Shown: positions 1 through 39,217 of the stretch, one piece after another | Numbering within the stretch: the first letter of the stretch is position 1 | Layout: the number at the start of each line of letters is the position of its first letter | Assembly (NCBI GenBank): GCA_963693365.1 | Contig: CAVNZM010000004.1 | Coordinates: 2,688,389-2,752,388, forward strand | DNA: 64,000 nucleotides | Source: Amoebidium appalachense | Taxonomy: Eukaryota > Protista > Ichthyosporea | Reading direction: 5' to 3' | Program-made: the position numbers and the translations under genes | Notes under the pieces: generated by a model | Databases searched by the model: none | The model's input: only the letters and a program-made list of their open reading frames with translations | What the model was told of the DNA's origin: nothing

Positions 1-735
1 GGGGGGGGGGGGGGGGGGGTCCTGTGTGGGTGCTTGCCGCTGCATAACCCCCGGCACCAAACTGTGATGGTGCAGCAAAAAAGTAGTCAATGCCCCCAAA
101 AGAACGTCTAGAGCCCACATGCCCACTACCATCACATGACGCACACACTGTCACACACAACACACCATGACAACCACCGTAGGAGCAGAAACAACATCAA
201 CGGCAACACCAGGTGGAAAACTTTGGCAACGTCAAAAAAAAGGTAAAACTTAAGTAAAATAGCGTAAAACAATGGATTCAGATCACTTTGTTTCTTGTCC
301 ACTTTACTGTTACCAGGTTAGCTTACTGATTGGACACATCAGAGGGTGTGCGCGTGCCCGTGTTTGGGGGGGAGGGGGCGGAGGGGAGGCATGTTCAAGC
401 ACACACAACACAAAACCGTGAAATAACACAGTGTCACGTGCATTATTTCTTCTCGAGAGTGACACCGATAATTTCATAACAAACCACCCACACCATGCTC
501 AAAATATTTCCCATCCCGTGGAAACACACACCGATTATCCGTGCACACCCACCACCTACCCTCCCACAAAAAATGCAAAAATGGTGCCGGTGCATATCCA
601 TAAATCCACACCCACACACTACACCCATCTACCCAAACCTGTCTCATGTTCACTCTGCCCCCTCCCTTCCCCTCCCGCCGTCCCCCTTCCCCCCGCAACA
701 CACACACACACAAACATACGCACACACACACACGG

Positions 736-766
<31 letters not shown>

Positions 767-769
767 CAC

Positions 770-817
<48 letters not shown>

Positions 818-2082
818 GCACGCACGCACGCACGCATGCACGCACGCACACACACACACACACACCTCACACGTCAAACTCATCCATCCCCTCCGGATTC
901 CCCATGCAAGCACACATTCCCAAACACACGTGCCCTAATACACATACCCATATGCATGCATTCTAGTGCAGTTTCGTGAAAATTTGTGGTACGTGCACCA
1001 TGTAGGATGTTTTGCGCTATTCACTTCCCTTGTGCTTTATCATTTGTGAGTAGTAATTTGGGGGAGAAGAGAGGCTCAAAGGCAGAAAATCAAGCAAAAC
1101 ACGGAATTTCAAATGTTGCATAGGCAAGTGAGAGTGCAGAGTTTCCCCTTTCTATTGACCTTGCCTTCCAATCTGCCGTCTCTTAATTGAACAAAGGAAG
1201 AGCGTAGAAACGTAAAGAGTTAAGAAACACCTCGCTAGCAAACTAGTTTGGGAAGGAGAGAAGCGGGAAAGAGATCTGAAAATGTCCAGAAGGGAAAAGT
1301 TAACTAAAAATGGCCCGAAGAAGTTTGAAAGGGCACCGAGTGAATTTTTAGGGGGCGCAACCTATCTCAAAAATGTGACATATCAAACGCCTCAGGTTCA
1401 AGGGGAAAAAGAGAAGAAAATTTTGGCATAAGATGGAAACAGAAGAATCAAACCAAACACAAGACTCATTTCTTTTCCTCGCATATGACAATTGAAGAGC
1501 ACCGAAGAAAACCGACGATTAACAGGGTAAAAGAAAGACGTCAATGTAGGGGAAACAGTGCTTAGGGTGCACCAAATTGAGGCACTAGGTAAAACAGCTT
1601 TAGGGTCAGTCATCAACCATACAAAAAAATTAGGCAAAGAACCCATAACACGGTGGTGATGGCCTCTGTGGCTCCTGGAAGGCACACACACCCACATCTT
1701 TCAAGCACTGGTGTTGAAAGTAGGCAGGAGAGAAAAAAAACGACCCAAGGCAGGTGTAGCTTTCGTTTTGAAAAAAAAAAGGGAAACAGAACTTTTAAAT
1801 GAACAAGGAAAAAGGTGAAGTGGGAGTGAATAAACGAGGACTTACAGGGTTTCTGGTGTTATCTGGGCAGCTGTAAAGCGAACTTCGAAAAGTATGTCAT
1901 ATGCATACGACTACAACACGTGTGTCAGACAACACCATGGCCAAATAAATTTCAACCTTTATAAATATATCACATGAAACAATACACATGAAAACGGCGT
2001 ATAGCATTCATGTTCAAGTGAAGTGCTTTTTTCTTTTCGATTTCTGGTCTCTCTCTTTTCTCTCTCCCTCCCTCTTTTTTAC

Positions 2083-2175
2083 GTTTTCAAGTCTTCCTTC
2101 CTCGATCGCGCGATCAATCAAAGGGCTGATGGGATTTTGCCACGCTTTCCCATGAGCCACTGAGCCAAACTTCAT
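2083..2175 (-). CDS. Probable first coding exon of a minus-strand gene running off the left edge; weak VHS-domain-like N-terminus
   Basis: ATG at 2175, 31 codons MKFGSVAHGKAWQNPISPLIDRAIEEGRLEN, then a phase-0 GT donor. NP...IDRA resembles helix 1 of VHS domains. Downstream small exons (e.g. ~1846-1862, ITPETL) are plausible but were not chained securely. Confidence 0.35.
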
Positions 2176-2558
2176 GCACGCTGCTTGCCAGATGGCGGGC
2201 GATGGAGGCGAGATGTGTGCACTTGTCTGCTTGTGTACACTAAAACACACAGGAAACACGGTAGCTACTATGTATAGCTACACGTCCTCTGCTCCAGACC
2301 TCCACTGAGCACGTGTAGATGCACAGTATTTATACGTATACAGCATTATTACAGTAGCGACTGCATGCATGATAGTGTACTGCGGTGTATACGTACACAT
2401 TTATCAAGCTGGCCTCCTCGTTCCATCGCCCGAAATCGTTGCAGCAGCAGCATGTCCAGTCTACATCTGGCGGCTGCTTGCTTTGAATAATGGTGTCGTG
2501 ATACGTATATAAGGGGGCAGAATGTAGTCCAGAAATCGACGTCATGGTCGGGTTTTTT

Positions 2559-2632
<74 letters not shown>

Positions 2633-2730
2633 GGGGGAGGGGGAGCATGGCCGGCGGCCCGACTGAGGTGCCGCAGATGTAACCGAGTACATAAAGGTAC
2701 TTATCTATTGATCATTTATGTCTTGTTGGC

Positions 2731-2904
<174 letters not shown>

Positions 2905-3621
2905 GTGTGTGTGTGTATGGGTGGGTGGGTGGATGGGTGGGTGGGTGTGTGGGTGTGTGGGTGGGTGGGTGGGTGGGCGTGTGTGTGTGTGTGTGTGTGT
3001 GTGTTGTGCCGGGGAGGGGGGGGGGGGGGGGGAGGGGGGGGGGGGAGGGGGGGGTCAATCACGTGCACCTGTACTTTGTATTAGAGGCATTCGACAAAAT
3101 CAAGTGCATAAGAAGCCTTGGTGGATGTGGACACCGGGGTGAGGGAGGGAAGAGAGGGAGGGGAAGGCCCTGGGGGAGGGGGGAATCGTACACCCTGCAA
3201 AATCCCAGAAAGTGGCACAGTCTACCTTGAAGCCTGCATATGCATGTCACAGTGCCACATTAGCTAACCGTAGGCTAGCACTGATGCATCCGAAATGTAC
3301 TCTGATCGGAGAACTTAGCGGCCATAAGTACTCTGACCGCAGTACTTTAGGAATGCTTGTTTCGGAAGGATACCGCGAGCTATTGGGGCCCAGGAGCCCG
3401 CTTTTTTTTGTACAGCCAGTAAGAAAACATAAGTTTACACCTTTTTTGTCTTTGGTACGGTAACTAACAAGGCCTTCCCTAGCTTTTATTGGTTGCCGAC
3501 GCTGTTGCAAGTTTTTGAATTCATGCTCGACAACAACATGATTCATGATCAAACGGACGAAACTTGCTGAGTCCGCGAACACAACAAGCCATGGGTTTCA
3601 TGTGAAAGATGAGCGCCCAAC

Positions 3622-5655
3622 ATGGCCAAAACATTAGACCCAATAGAGTCACTTTATTCTGGAGCTCGTGTCTGTTGTTTTGCATACATATTTGACGGGG
3701 TTCAGGGGGAAGATTTCACAGATGACACCACACGTTGGTCTTACAAGAAGTTCGGCCTGAGTTGGGACACACAAATACTGGTTGGCACAGTAGTGAAACG
3801 ATGCAAGACAAACGAAGGCAGTGAATGGAAAGTAAAGTTTGATTTTGACGGTACCACAGAAGTAGTTCTGCGCCATCAGCTAACTTTAATAGATGAAGAA
3901 GACAGTGAACACACAAGTAGCGAGCTAGAGAGTGATAGTGACGAAGATCCAGATGGAGACATCCAACAAGTAGAGATTCCTGTCACAGACAGTGAGAATG
4001 AAGATGAGATAGAACTTGTAGATGAACAAGTAGAGTTACCTACCCCCACCGACCCCACGTGCACCTTGCAATGGACCATTCCAGATGAGCAAGTACTTGA
4101 CAAAAGAACAGGCCCACGCAGAAAACCAACCATTCCACTAGCACTAAACAAGCGCAAGAGTGTTCTGTGTTTGTTTGAACACTTCATGCCTATGGAGTAT
4201 CTCTTCACAGCAGTCATTCCACTCACAAACGAAGTAGGTCGTGCACGTTACAAAAATTGGGTTGACTTAACCCCGGGTGAGCTACTTAGGTGGTTGGGTA
4301 TGTGGATTTACATGGCTGGAACATTCGAACCCGGCTCGAGATCGAACTACTGGACGTCGGCAGCAGAGAACCCAAGCCACATATTTCCCGTACACGACTT
4401 TGCCCGCTTCATGACCGAACACCGGTTCGAAAACATCCGTGCCTGCTTTACCGTCACCGACATCACTCAATATCCGGAGGATGATCCACTGAAAGACACA
4501 CGCGGTTTCATGGAAGCACTGCAGAGTCGGTGCCGTTGCTCTATCGAGCCCGGGGATGAATTATGCGAAGACGAGGCCATCTTTGCCAGCTATCATTGCA
4601 ACCTTCCGTGCCAAATCTATATAAAACGAAAACCCCACCCTCTCGGTCAAGAAATAAAAACTCTACACGACTGTGTAACCAACATACTCATTAACTTCGA
4701 AATGAACGAGGGGAAGCTTAGGATGGCAAGCAAACCGTACCGACAGTTGGGAGCTGGAACAGGCACCACCTTGCGTCTTCTAACCCCAAGGGCCAACCCC
4801 ACCCACCGTAACCCCAGAACGATCGTCGGAGACAGCTGGTTTGGGTCAGTAACCGGGACAAGGGAAGTGTACAAAATCGGATTCTACGCACTTTTCAATG
4901 TCAAAACCGCAACCAGAGACTTTCCCCTCAACATGTTGGACCTTCTATGTGAGGAAGGACGTGGTGTATGGTCGGAGGCAGTGTGCAGTGTGGACGGAGT
5001 AGACCTCGTTGCGGTGTTATGGAGAAACAAGAACTACAGTATGAAAGTGATCACCTCATGTTCAAGTACTCAGCCGGGTCAACCGAGAAAATCACGAAAC
5101 GGAAATGACGTCCCCCAACCGAAAGCAGTCGAAGAATACTTCGAAAACTACAACATGGCCGATATATTCAACAAAACACGAATGTTAAACGGCTCTGTGG
5201 ACGAAGCCTTGGGCACTAAACGTCACCAACTCCGCACCTTTGGGGGGCTTCTGGGGTTTGTAGTAGCAAACGTACACTTTGCATACAGATACTTTGGCAA
5301 ATCCACAAACACGAGCATGGACACAAGGCGTGAGCTAGCAGAAGCACTCATATGCAACCCCCACCTGCCTGCACTAGAATACCCCCTTCCCCCTGCTGCT
5401 CCTGCCCCCCATGCTCTACACGGACACCAGCGTGCCAGAAAAGAAAGAAAAGGTAGATGCGTTCTCTGCTTTAGGAACAAAGGGGAACGCCACCAGACAC
5501 ATACCTACTGCATCAAGTGTAATGTGTTTCTCTGCAATGATCAAACACGTGCATGCTTCGAAAACCACATCACACATGGTGTTCCTCCACGCACACGCAC
5601 CCAAGTCAACACAAACACAGGCCCGGTACGATCACGCAGAAACACTACACGTTAA
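3622..5655 (+). mobile_element. piggyBac-family (DDE_Tnp_1_7-type) transposase, 677 aa, intronless and uninterrupted
   Basis: Motifs ELLRWLGMWIYM, FMTEHRFENI and YIKRKPHPLG. Catalytic aspartates in ELCEDEA, IVGDSWFGS and YNMADIFN. C-terminal cysteine-rich zinc domain RCVLC...TYCIKCNVFLC...CFENH. Acidic N-terminal linker. No matching TIR pair or TTAA TSD found. Confidence 0.92.
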
Positions 5656-6783
5656 AGTACCTTCTGCCCACTGGTCAGTTTCTGTACATTGCGCAACACT
5701 CATTTGTCGTTTTCGGATTAGGGGTGATTTGTTTGGTTTTTATTCGTTTCTTCGAAACTGTTTGTGGTAACTAGATGCTAAAAGGGTTATTTGAAGTGTG
5801 TGTACCGAAAAAAACGAATTTGAAAGCTGATGTCAATGTTTCTCAAACGAAAAAATGCACCTGTGGTGCAAAAGCAACAACGTGAACGTTTAAAGTATGC
5901 ATCTTTGGCACGCATTTGTAACAAGTTTGACGTTTTTCTTGGCTCAGGCCTATGGCCTCCCGGTGCCAGAACCCGTAAAGTGCAAAATAAGCCATACCAA
6001 CAAGCATTCCGAGAAATTATTGTAGTCATGGGGTGCGCAAACACTACAAAGTTCTCCGTAAATTGAAGCTCAAAATCGTTGAATGCCTACCATTACTTAC
6101 TAAGCCACTACCCCGCCAAGAATTTTTCTACGGTTTTTTTGTGATGTGCTTGTTCCCTGTCACGTTAGGGTAAAATGGTGAGAAAAAGAGAGTAACACGT
6201 GCAAAACTGACCCTGCGCCAGGCGTTTTTATACGATGACGTCATACAGTACTCTGGTTGGAGCATTTATCGATTCAGGTCGGATCACTGGTCTAGACTGT
6301 AATCAACCGTAGCCTTTTCAATAGAAACCCCCTTCGGCTTTCAACTGAGACAACCCGTGGCATGCGCACCTGCGCGTGCCAGTGGCCCAGGGGCCGGCAG
6401 CCCAAGCCAGCGCTACTCCGGATCCCGACTCTATCTCAAAGCTGATTGGGTTAGCCGGCACCGCTGAGCCACACAAAAAAATGCACAACCATCGATCAAG
6501 TTGCTGTGAAACTGTGCTGCAAACGAAAACGAACGGCCAATGCAAAGCAACAGACGCTAGCAAACAGAGTATTTTGAAGTAGCATTGGGAAGTGCTGGGC
6601 TAGGCTTTCTGCTTTCTTGATATATATTGGCCCTGTAAGAAAAGAATGTGTTAGTAGCCGAACGAAGCAAAGTACCGCGAGATATCAATATTTTGCGTGC
6701 TGTTTCCACCATCATACGTGACCTGGTGCGGGTAACATGGAAGAGCACGAAATAGTCGGGAATCGGATATAAACGAGAGGGAG

Positions 6784-32012
<25,229 letters not shown>

Positions 32013-33067
32013 AATAAAGTCCTGCGACACATACATGGACAGATCGTAAATAATTGAATGTCGTTTTTTTTTGTTTTTTTTTTGGCCCTGTTGCAGTGGT
32101 GCAGATATAGCTATAGTGTGTGGGTAGTACTAGTAGATGTAACAAGTTTATCGCTAATGTAGCATGTTGGTTCGAACATTCATATCTTCAGCTGGTGTCG
32201 AGTAAACAGTGCACGGCAAGTGGGAGTCGAAATTTATTGACCTGGAAGTAAAACGACCATATTTTTTGATGTTAACCCAATTGATCTAAATCTTGTGTGT
32301 GCCCTGACTTTCGTGAATGAAAACGAAAAACCACTAGTGGCTATATGCGAGATACTTTATGTTTGTATAGTCAGGTGTCCAGCACTAAGATGTTTTGGCA
32401 AACACACGCGTGAAAGTGAATGTAAATGTCCTCCTATACAGACCTCCCAGAGTACCATGATCTGTTGACCTAACCATTCACGGGCTTTTTTTTGGTTAAT
32501 TTTAATCACGGTCAAGCAGCTATCTACAAAGGCCAAAGTGTTTCGTATGCTGCAGTCTTATACACTTGTGCTTTTTGCCAATAGCATAGCTAATGTTGTA
32601 AACAATAAAATCGGACAAAGCAGATACTGAGCTCGAGCTTGCAATTGAGTCCTCACGGTGCACCTGGCAAGGATGAAGCCGCCCGTGTGTGAGTTTAGGC
32701 ATGTACTGTGGGGAGGGTGCAGGTGGCCATGTTGGTGGTGGCGGCGGCGGTGGTGATTTGTGTGTGTGTGTGTGTGTGTGTGTTGGGGGGAGGGGGGGGA
32801 GGGGCTGTCCTACAGATTTATGTACTTGGACGCAGCCAGTTTACCAGAGAAAACCCGGCCGGACGTGGGGGGATGGGGGCGGGGCCCCGGGCGGCGGGGG
32901 GGGGGGGGGGGGGGGGGGGAGAATAGAAGGAAGGGAGGGAGAGAGGGAGGGGAGGGGCATGGGAGGAGGGAGAATCCAAAAGGAAGAGGCGACGGTAAAG
33001 TGAGCTGGTGCTCCGGGGCCGGGGGGCGGGGGGGGGGGAGACCTGAGGATGAAAGAAAACTTGAGCT

Positions 33068-33105
<38 letters not shown>

Positions 33106-33343
33106 ACTACCAACAGAAGATGGTGACATGATTTTCCCGACCAGTAACAAGCTTCAGCTATTATTAGCTGATATTATAAAGAACCTCAGATATTCAGTTC
33201 TATAGGTCTAAACAGTGGTTTCGTAGCCGGTGTCGTGATCGATCATAAGCAGTGTCCGAACTCAGAATCGGCGTGTGGGATATACAGCGTAGATACGTAT
33301 ACGCCGAAAATTGCACGTGGTTGCAACATGAAAGTACGTCTTT

Positions 33344-33838
33344 CTTCGGTTTGTGTGTGTGTGTGTGTATGTTTTGTGTGGGTGGGTGGTGTTGGTGGTA
33401 GTGGGGTGTGGGGAGAGGGGGTGGCTTGCTGAGCCCGCGGGTACCGTGACACATCCCGGCGCATGTCAGGAACCAAAACAGGAACACTGTGTGCCGAGTC
33501 GCTCCCAGCGCAAATGAGGGTCTTCGTTTTCCCACCTCTATCGCTAACTACAACTACAACTATTCGCTTAGATTGCTCATACTTTTCAAAACCATGGAGT
33601 ACTTCGGTTTGTGTGTGTGTGTATGTATGTTTTGTGTGGGTGGGTGTGTGGTGTTGGTGGTAGTGGGGTGGGGGGAGAGGGGGTGGCTGGCTGAGCCCGC
33701 GGGTACCGTGACACATCCCGGCGCATGTCAGAAACCAAAACAGGAACACTGTGTGCCGAGTCGCTCCCAGCGCAAGTGAGGGTCTTCGTTTTCCCACCTC
33801 TATCGCTAACTACAACTACAACTATTCGCTTAGATTGC
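33344..33838. repeat. Direct duplication of a ~235-bp segment (offset ~262 bp), intergenic
   Basis: GCTGAGCCCGCGGGTACCGTGACACATCCCGGCGCATGTCAG...ATTCGCTTAGATTGC occurs twice with few substitutions. Confidence 0.9.
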
Positions 33839-34010
33839 ACCTTAGTCCTTTCGAACAGCGAGATGAAATGAGTACGCGTACAAACAGCTTTTATCCTTAG
33901 TTATTATAAAGAAAGAGAAGTAACGGCTTTGCCCTCTTCTTTGTGTTCTATTTGTTTTTCATAAAAGATGAAAGGGAAGAAACAGCTGTTCGAGGTCAGT
34001 GTTTTGCCTT

Positions 34011-34321
34011 TTTGGCGGGCTACAGCCGGAAAGAGTAACGGTCGAACGGCCGGAATTCCCGCTTCATAAAATTTGAATTCATGCGCTGTGACAAGAAACC
34101 AATAAAAATATGAAAAACAGAGAAGGGTAAAACTGCTGAACAGAGAAGAGTAGAAATCGTCCAGAAACAAGGTTTTTCGACGTATAAATAGCTTCTTTTC
34201 ATGTTAGATAACTATATTGTAAATAATTATAGGAGAGAAATGGCTTTTACCATCTATTTCGCATTATTTTCTATTTTGAAGTTGGTTTTTCCAGCCAATC
34301 AGCGCACGCCATTTTCCCGCC
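34011..34321 (+). promoter_or_regulatory. Putative cell-cycle promoter of CKS1 (E2F-like, CCAAT and CHR-like motifs)
   Basis: TTTGGCGG 34011-18, TTTGAA 34275-80, CCAAT 34295-99, TTTCCCGC 34313-20, upstream of a 5'-UTR intron acceptor at 34800. All are short motifs, so chance matches are possible. Confidence 0.45.
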
Positions 34322-34809
34322 CACTCGCCTCGCAGGCCCTGGCCAACACATGATCACAACGGATCACTCCTTCTCACGCGTCAGTCTGCAGGTCTTAGGT
34401 TTCTAAAAAAGTCGCAAAAAAACATCGGTGGAAACTTTAGCTCATTGCTGAAAGACAACCAAAACTTTAAAGAGTTGCACCTCCACCTCGCTCTAGTTCT
34501 AGTTACTCGCCTTTTAGCACGCCAGGTGAGCGCCTGTCTCCTAAACGCCTTTTCGTCTCGCCGTTGTTTTGGGGCATTCTCGCAGGTGGTGTCCCGTTCG
34601 AACTCTTGTGAGCATCGCTCTTGGTAAAGGTGTGTTCTTGCCTAGTGTTGTTCAAAATCATCAGTGCTATTGGACAATCAAACTTTCTGAGATTCACAGA
34701 AGAACAACCAGCTTCTTTCAACAAGCTTCATCACGTTTCCGTTGCGGTCAGGGTGCTCTCACTATGACTTGTTCCCTTTGCTAACCTGCTTCTTCCCCAG
34801 ACAGCCAAC

Positions 34810-35738
34810 ATGCCTGCCGACCAGATTTTCTACTCTGAGCGCTATTACGACGAGAAGTATGAATACAGGTGACTTCCCTTCCCCTACTTCGTTACATAAA
34901 CCCTCTTTGAAGTTAACACTTGGTGTAGCTGCCAGCAAGTAACGGTGTTCACGGTTGTGTGTTCTGGTTTCTGTAAGCTAGCGCTTGTGTGTTCACTCCT
35001 ACTTAGGCATTTTGTAAAGGAGCGGTACTGTGTTTTGCTTCACTCAAGAGTCACGGATGTTTTTATATTCTGGGTTTTACAACTCACGAAGAAAACGACA
35101 CCTGTTTGCATCCCCCTGATAAGGTGCCGTACTGCAGTGTTTCTCTTTGCGTTGTGTTTTCCAAGTTTGCTGACCGATAAGGGAATTTTGTCACACACAA
35201 CAGCTTTTGTGCTTCTGTCATACAGAGCACTCTAACAATGGGGAAAGGAATACCTGCACGAGCATTCATTGCCTTTATAATAGTGCAAATCTGCCCCTCG
35301 TCTTGCTAGTCTGTGTGTTTGTAGGAATATCCTTATAGATCTAGTTTCTGGTGAAGACTCAGCTTCCAACTTGGGTCTCTCTATGAAGAATCCTTGTCTG
35401 GTAGTGAGCAAGACACTTTCCTCCCCTCACCTCCCCCCCCCCCCCCACCACCACCACAACCACCACCACCTCCTCCTCCTCCTCCTTTTTTAGATTGTGT
35501 TTCATGAAGAAGCGTGCTAACATCTATACTATTTTGCAGACACGTAATTCTTCCCAAGGACATCTCCGAGAAGGTGCCCAAGGACCACTTGATGTCCGAG
35601 ACGGAGTGGCGAAACCTTGGTGTCCAGCAGTCCCGGGGGTGGGTGCATTATATGATCCACAAGCCAGAGCCCCATATTCTTCTCTTCCGGCGCCTGCACA
35701 GTGAATCCAACGCACCGATTCCAAACATTGACGCGTAG
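34810..35738 (+). CDS. CKS1: Cyclin-dependent kinases regulatory subunit (Cks1/Suc1), two coding exons
   Basis: Exon 34810-34868 [20 protein letters not shown], phase-2 GT-AG intron with a GCTAAC branch site, exon 35540-35738 [51 protein letters not shown]...stop. Confidence 0.96.
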
Positions 35739-38087
35739 GAGGTGCGATGTTCTGATATTTGCACGATAGAACAGAGCAGTCAAGCATGGGATTGTGTGCT
35801 TAAGACTTCAGCGCGTGATTCTTACTTCAGCTCGTGAGCCAGGCCAGCCGTACTGCTGTCTGGTCGTCAAGTCATATAGATGGTAAACCCTAGCTGGCGT
35901 TCAAGGACCTTATGTGTTTGGCCTGAATAACCGGTAGGGTATGTATAGTTTGCTCGACAAAACTTGAGTGTACTGCAGCAAGTGGGGTATATTTTCGAAA
36001 CAGAAGTGAAATAAAGTTAGGTGAAACCACAATGACTGCAAGGATGGCCATGCGTCTTTGTGCAAACTGCACAGATCTTGCTGTACACGGGTATATCAGT
36101 CAGCTAAAGCTTGTTCGACATGGAGCCATACATTCTGTATGGTGATTTGGTTGCTTGATAACAGTGTAACGTGTATATGCCGACACCTCTTTTCTTCCCT
36201 TATTCCCTACTGTGCAGCATACAGGTTATAGTCCCAAATTCCCTGTAACACCTCCCCACACCCCACTTCCCTGCCCTCCTTGGGTGCACGCTGTCACTGT
36301 TCAGCTTTCTTTGGGCCTCCGCATATTTCTTACGGGGATTTAGCCTGTTGGTGTGCAGCTCTATTATGCAATCGTGTTCATCTTATTCCGATCCCCACTC
36401 CCCCCCCCCCCTTCTCCTTCCATCCCCCCCCCCCCCAACCCACCCACCCACGCAAATGATAGATATATGTGCAAGCCTTTGGCATGATGCAACGATTGTG
36501 TGCAACTCTCAGTTTCCGTACACCGTGACTACGGTTTCTTGGCAGCTTTCCAGTCATCCTCTCCTCACGTTCGGAAATCCTCTATTACCTTCTTCATGGG
36601 CCAAACGTGCCATGCATGTATGCCGCACGTATATACACGACGGTGTGTAATGCGCGTTGGTGCACTTGTTACAGTGCACGTGTGTGTGTGTGTTTGTGGA
36701 GGAAAAGGCGGGGGGGAGGAGGGGGACTGCTTAACCGAAGTGATGCAAGCGCGCAGGTGATTCTAAATTTCCATCTGATGACCGTGATCTGAAAGAACGC
36801 ATGCACTTTCACCGTGAGTGCCGTATGTATGCCTTGATAGAAAGGCATGAGGGGATGGTCTGGCATTCAGTACAGTACCCATTTCAGGTGATCTAATAGA
36901 CTATATAGTTAGTTGCATGCATCGCCTACACGCACGCGTGTGGCTACAAGCAGGTCTGATGGTCACAGCAAGCACTGCCGACCCTGGCCCACCTGGGTCG
37001 ACCACGCCACCCACTACCAAAAGCAACTCCAGCCTCCCTTCATGACGTCATTTAGACTTGTTGTGAGTGGCTTAGAGCGCACCCTTTACCTATTTTGGTG
37101 CTATTGTACATTTGATGATTGGCTGAGCCCCACAGAGAACTCCATGGGAAAACGTTGAACCAGACCGGCAGCCAGGGCTGGCTGTCTCAGTGAGGCTCTT
37201 GAGCTGCCAAGCTCATCAGCGCAGACGTTTTGTTTGTGCATATCAATAATTCTTGATTTCTATTTGTGGACACTCGTGTACATATAGGCGATACGCGGCT
37301 TGCAGTCGGCATGTAGCTTGAGAAGATATTTAGCACATCAGCTCTTTTCACAACCAGCACCATTAACACAACTAGCAAACAAGCAAGAAGACTCAAGCTG
37401 CGAGAATCGAGGGGTATGGGCCAAACCATTACACGCAAGGCTAACCGCGTACAGACAAGTAGGGGGACACGCATATACACACGCACATAAAACCTACGCT
37501 TGCACGGGCGCTTTGACTGAGAATGACTCAATATACCGGGCAGGGAGGTGGTCCCGGCACCGCCCCTTTGGACTTTGACGCTGAGATGAACAAACTATGT
37601 GAGACTCTCGACTACTCGTAAGCCTCCCTTCTTCCCCTTCATAACCCTTCCAAAGTTGCCGTTTTTACTCTCTCGTCCTTGTAAACCACACCACCTAACC
37701 TTGCCGAATTTACCCGGAAAGGAGAGTGTACTTCTCGTACTTTGGCTGTTCGCCACTTCTTTCTATCACCTTCTCCCCTCCCCCCCCTCCCCCCCCCCCC
37801 CCCCCCCTCTTTCCCCGATCCCTCCTTCTCCCCTCTCCCCCGCCTCTTCTGTTCGGCTCCCCTTTTTCTTGTTTCATTTCGCGTACTTTTTTATCGACCT
37901 CCTATTTCACTGTTTTGAACTGATCTTCGTCGTTCGAATTGGTGCAAGCAGGCCTGTGTTCACTACCGAACAGTGCCCTAAGCGCCAAGTGTATGTCTTT
38001 AGTTGATTCATTTTGGGCCAACACACACACAACACGGATGCACACATGCACGCACATATAACAATTGATGCACACACGCTCGCACGT

Positions 38088-38129
<42 letters not shown>

Positions 38130-38316
38130 CAAACACACACACACACACACACACCGTGATGCACGTGCGCGCACAGTCCACACGCCCATCGCATCTGCAC
38201 ACACACACACACGCGCACATTGTTTGCGTGACACATTCGCATACACGCTGCTTCTCCTTTTCAATGCGCCTCTGCTCATTCTTTGCATTTGCCCTTTCCA
38301 TTGCTAAGTCTTCTCG

Positions 38317-38360
<44 letters not shown>

Positions 38361-39217
38361 GGGGCTCCGCACCTGCCTTTCTTTCTCCTTCAGATTCTTT
38401 GCCCTTCCACTCCTAGTTTCTCTCCCAGTCACCCGCACGACTACTTGCATGTTCCAACGCTTATCTTTTACTTTTCCTCCTCGTGGCCCCACGCTCTCCC
38501 CCTTCTGCCCATCTTCATCTACCTAATACTTAGAAATCGATGGTGCTAACAAATACATTCGATCGGTCGGTGAAACCTCTCTGGCCACATTTTTGATACC
38601 TTTATTGTCACTTTGTATCTTACATTTATTGTCTTAGAGAACAGAGATGCAACAACAACCTTCCCCCCCCTCCCCCCCCCCCCCCCCCCCCCCCTCTCCC
38701 CCCTTTTCCTCTCCCTGTTGCTGCCGATTTTCTTAGCCACGTGCTCTCTTTGGCACCTGCACATTCTTCTTCCGTCCGAATATTCATCTAACTGACCCCA
38801 TCCATCTTCGCCTCCATGCACCTCCCTCATCACCCCTCACTCACCCCCCTCTTCCTACCCATTCCTCCCCCCTCCCCCTTTCCCCTCCTCCCCAACACAC
38901 ACACACACACGTACAGGTTCACACACACCCACATGCACACTGCCACTGCCGCCACCAACTCCGCAGAAAGCTTTTCTCCCCCCCCTCCCCCCCCCTCCCT
39001 CCCTTCCTCCCCCCTCCCCCCCCCCCCCAAACTCTCCCCTCCCCCCTTTCTCTCTCTCTTCTCTCTCCCACCTCCCACTTCTGTCCTCCCTTACCCTCTC
39101 TCTTCGGATGACCCCCGGTTGACCCACCTATTTTTCCCTTCACCCTTCTCCCCCTCCCCCCACCTCCCTCTCTCCCTCCTCCCCCCCCCCCCCCCCCTCC
39201 CTCCCTCCCTCTCCAGG

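Noticed and set aside
3264-5790. piggyBac TIR pair CTAA|CCGTAGG... and ...AAAAGGG|TTAT
   Set aside because: The ends are not reverse complements beyond a few bases, and the flanking tetranucleotides differ.
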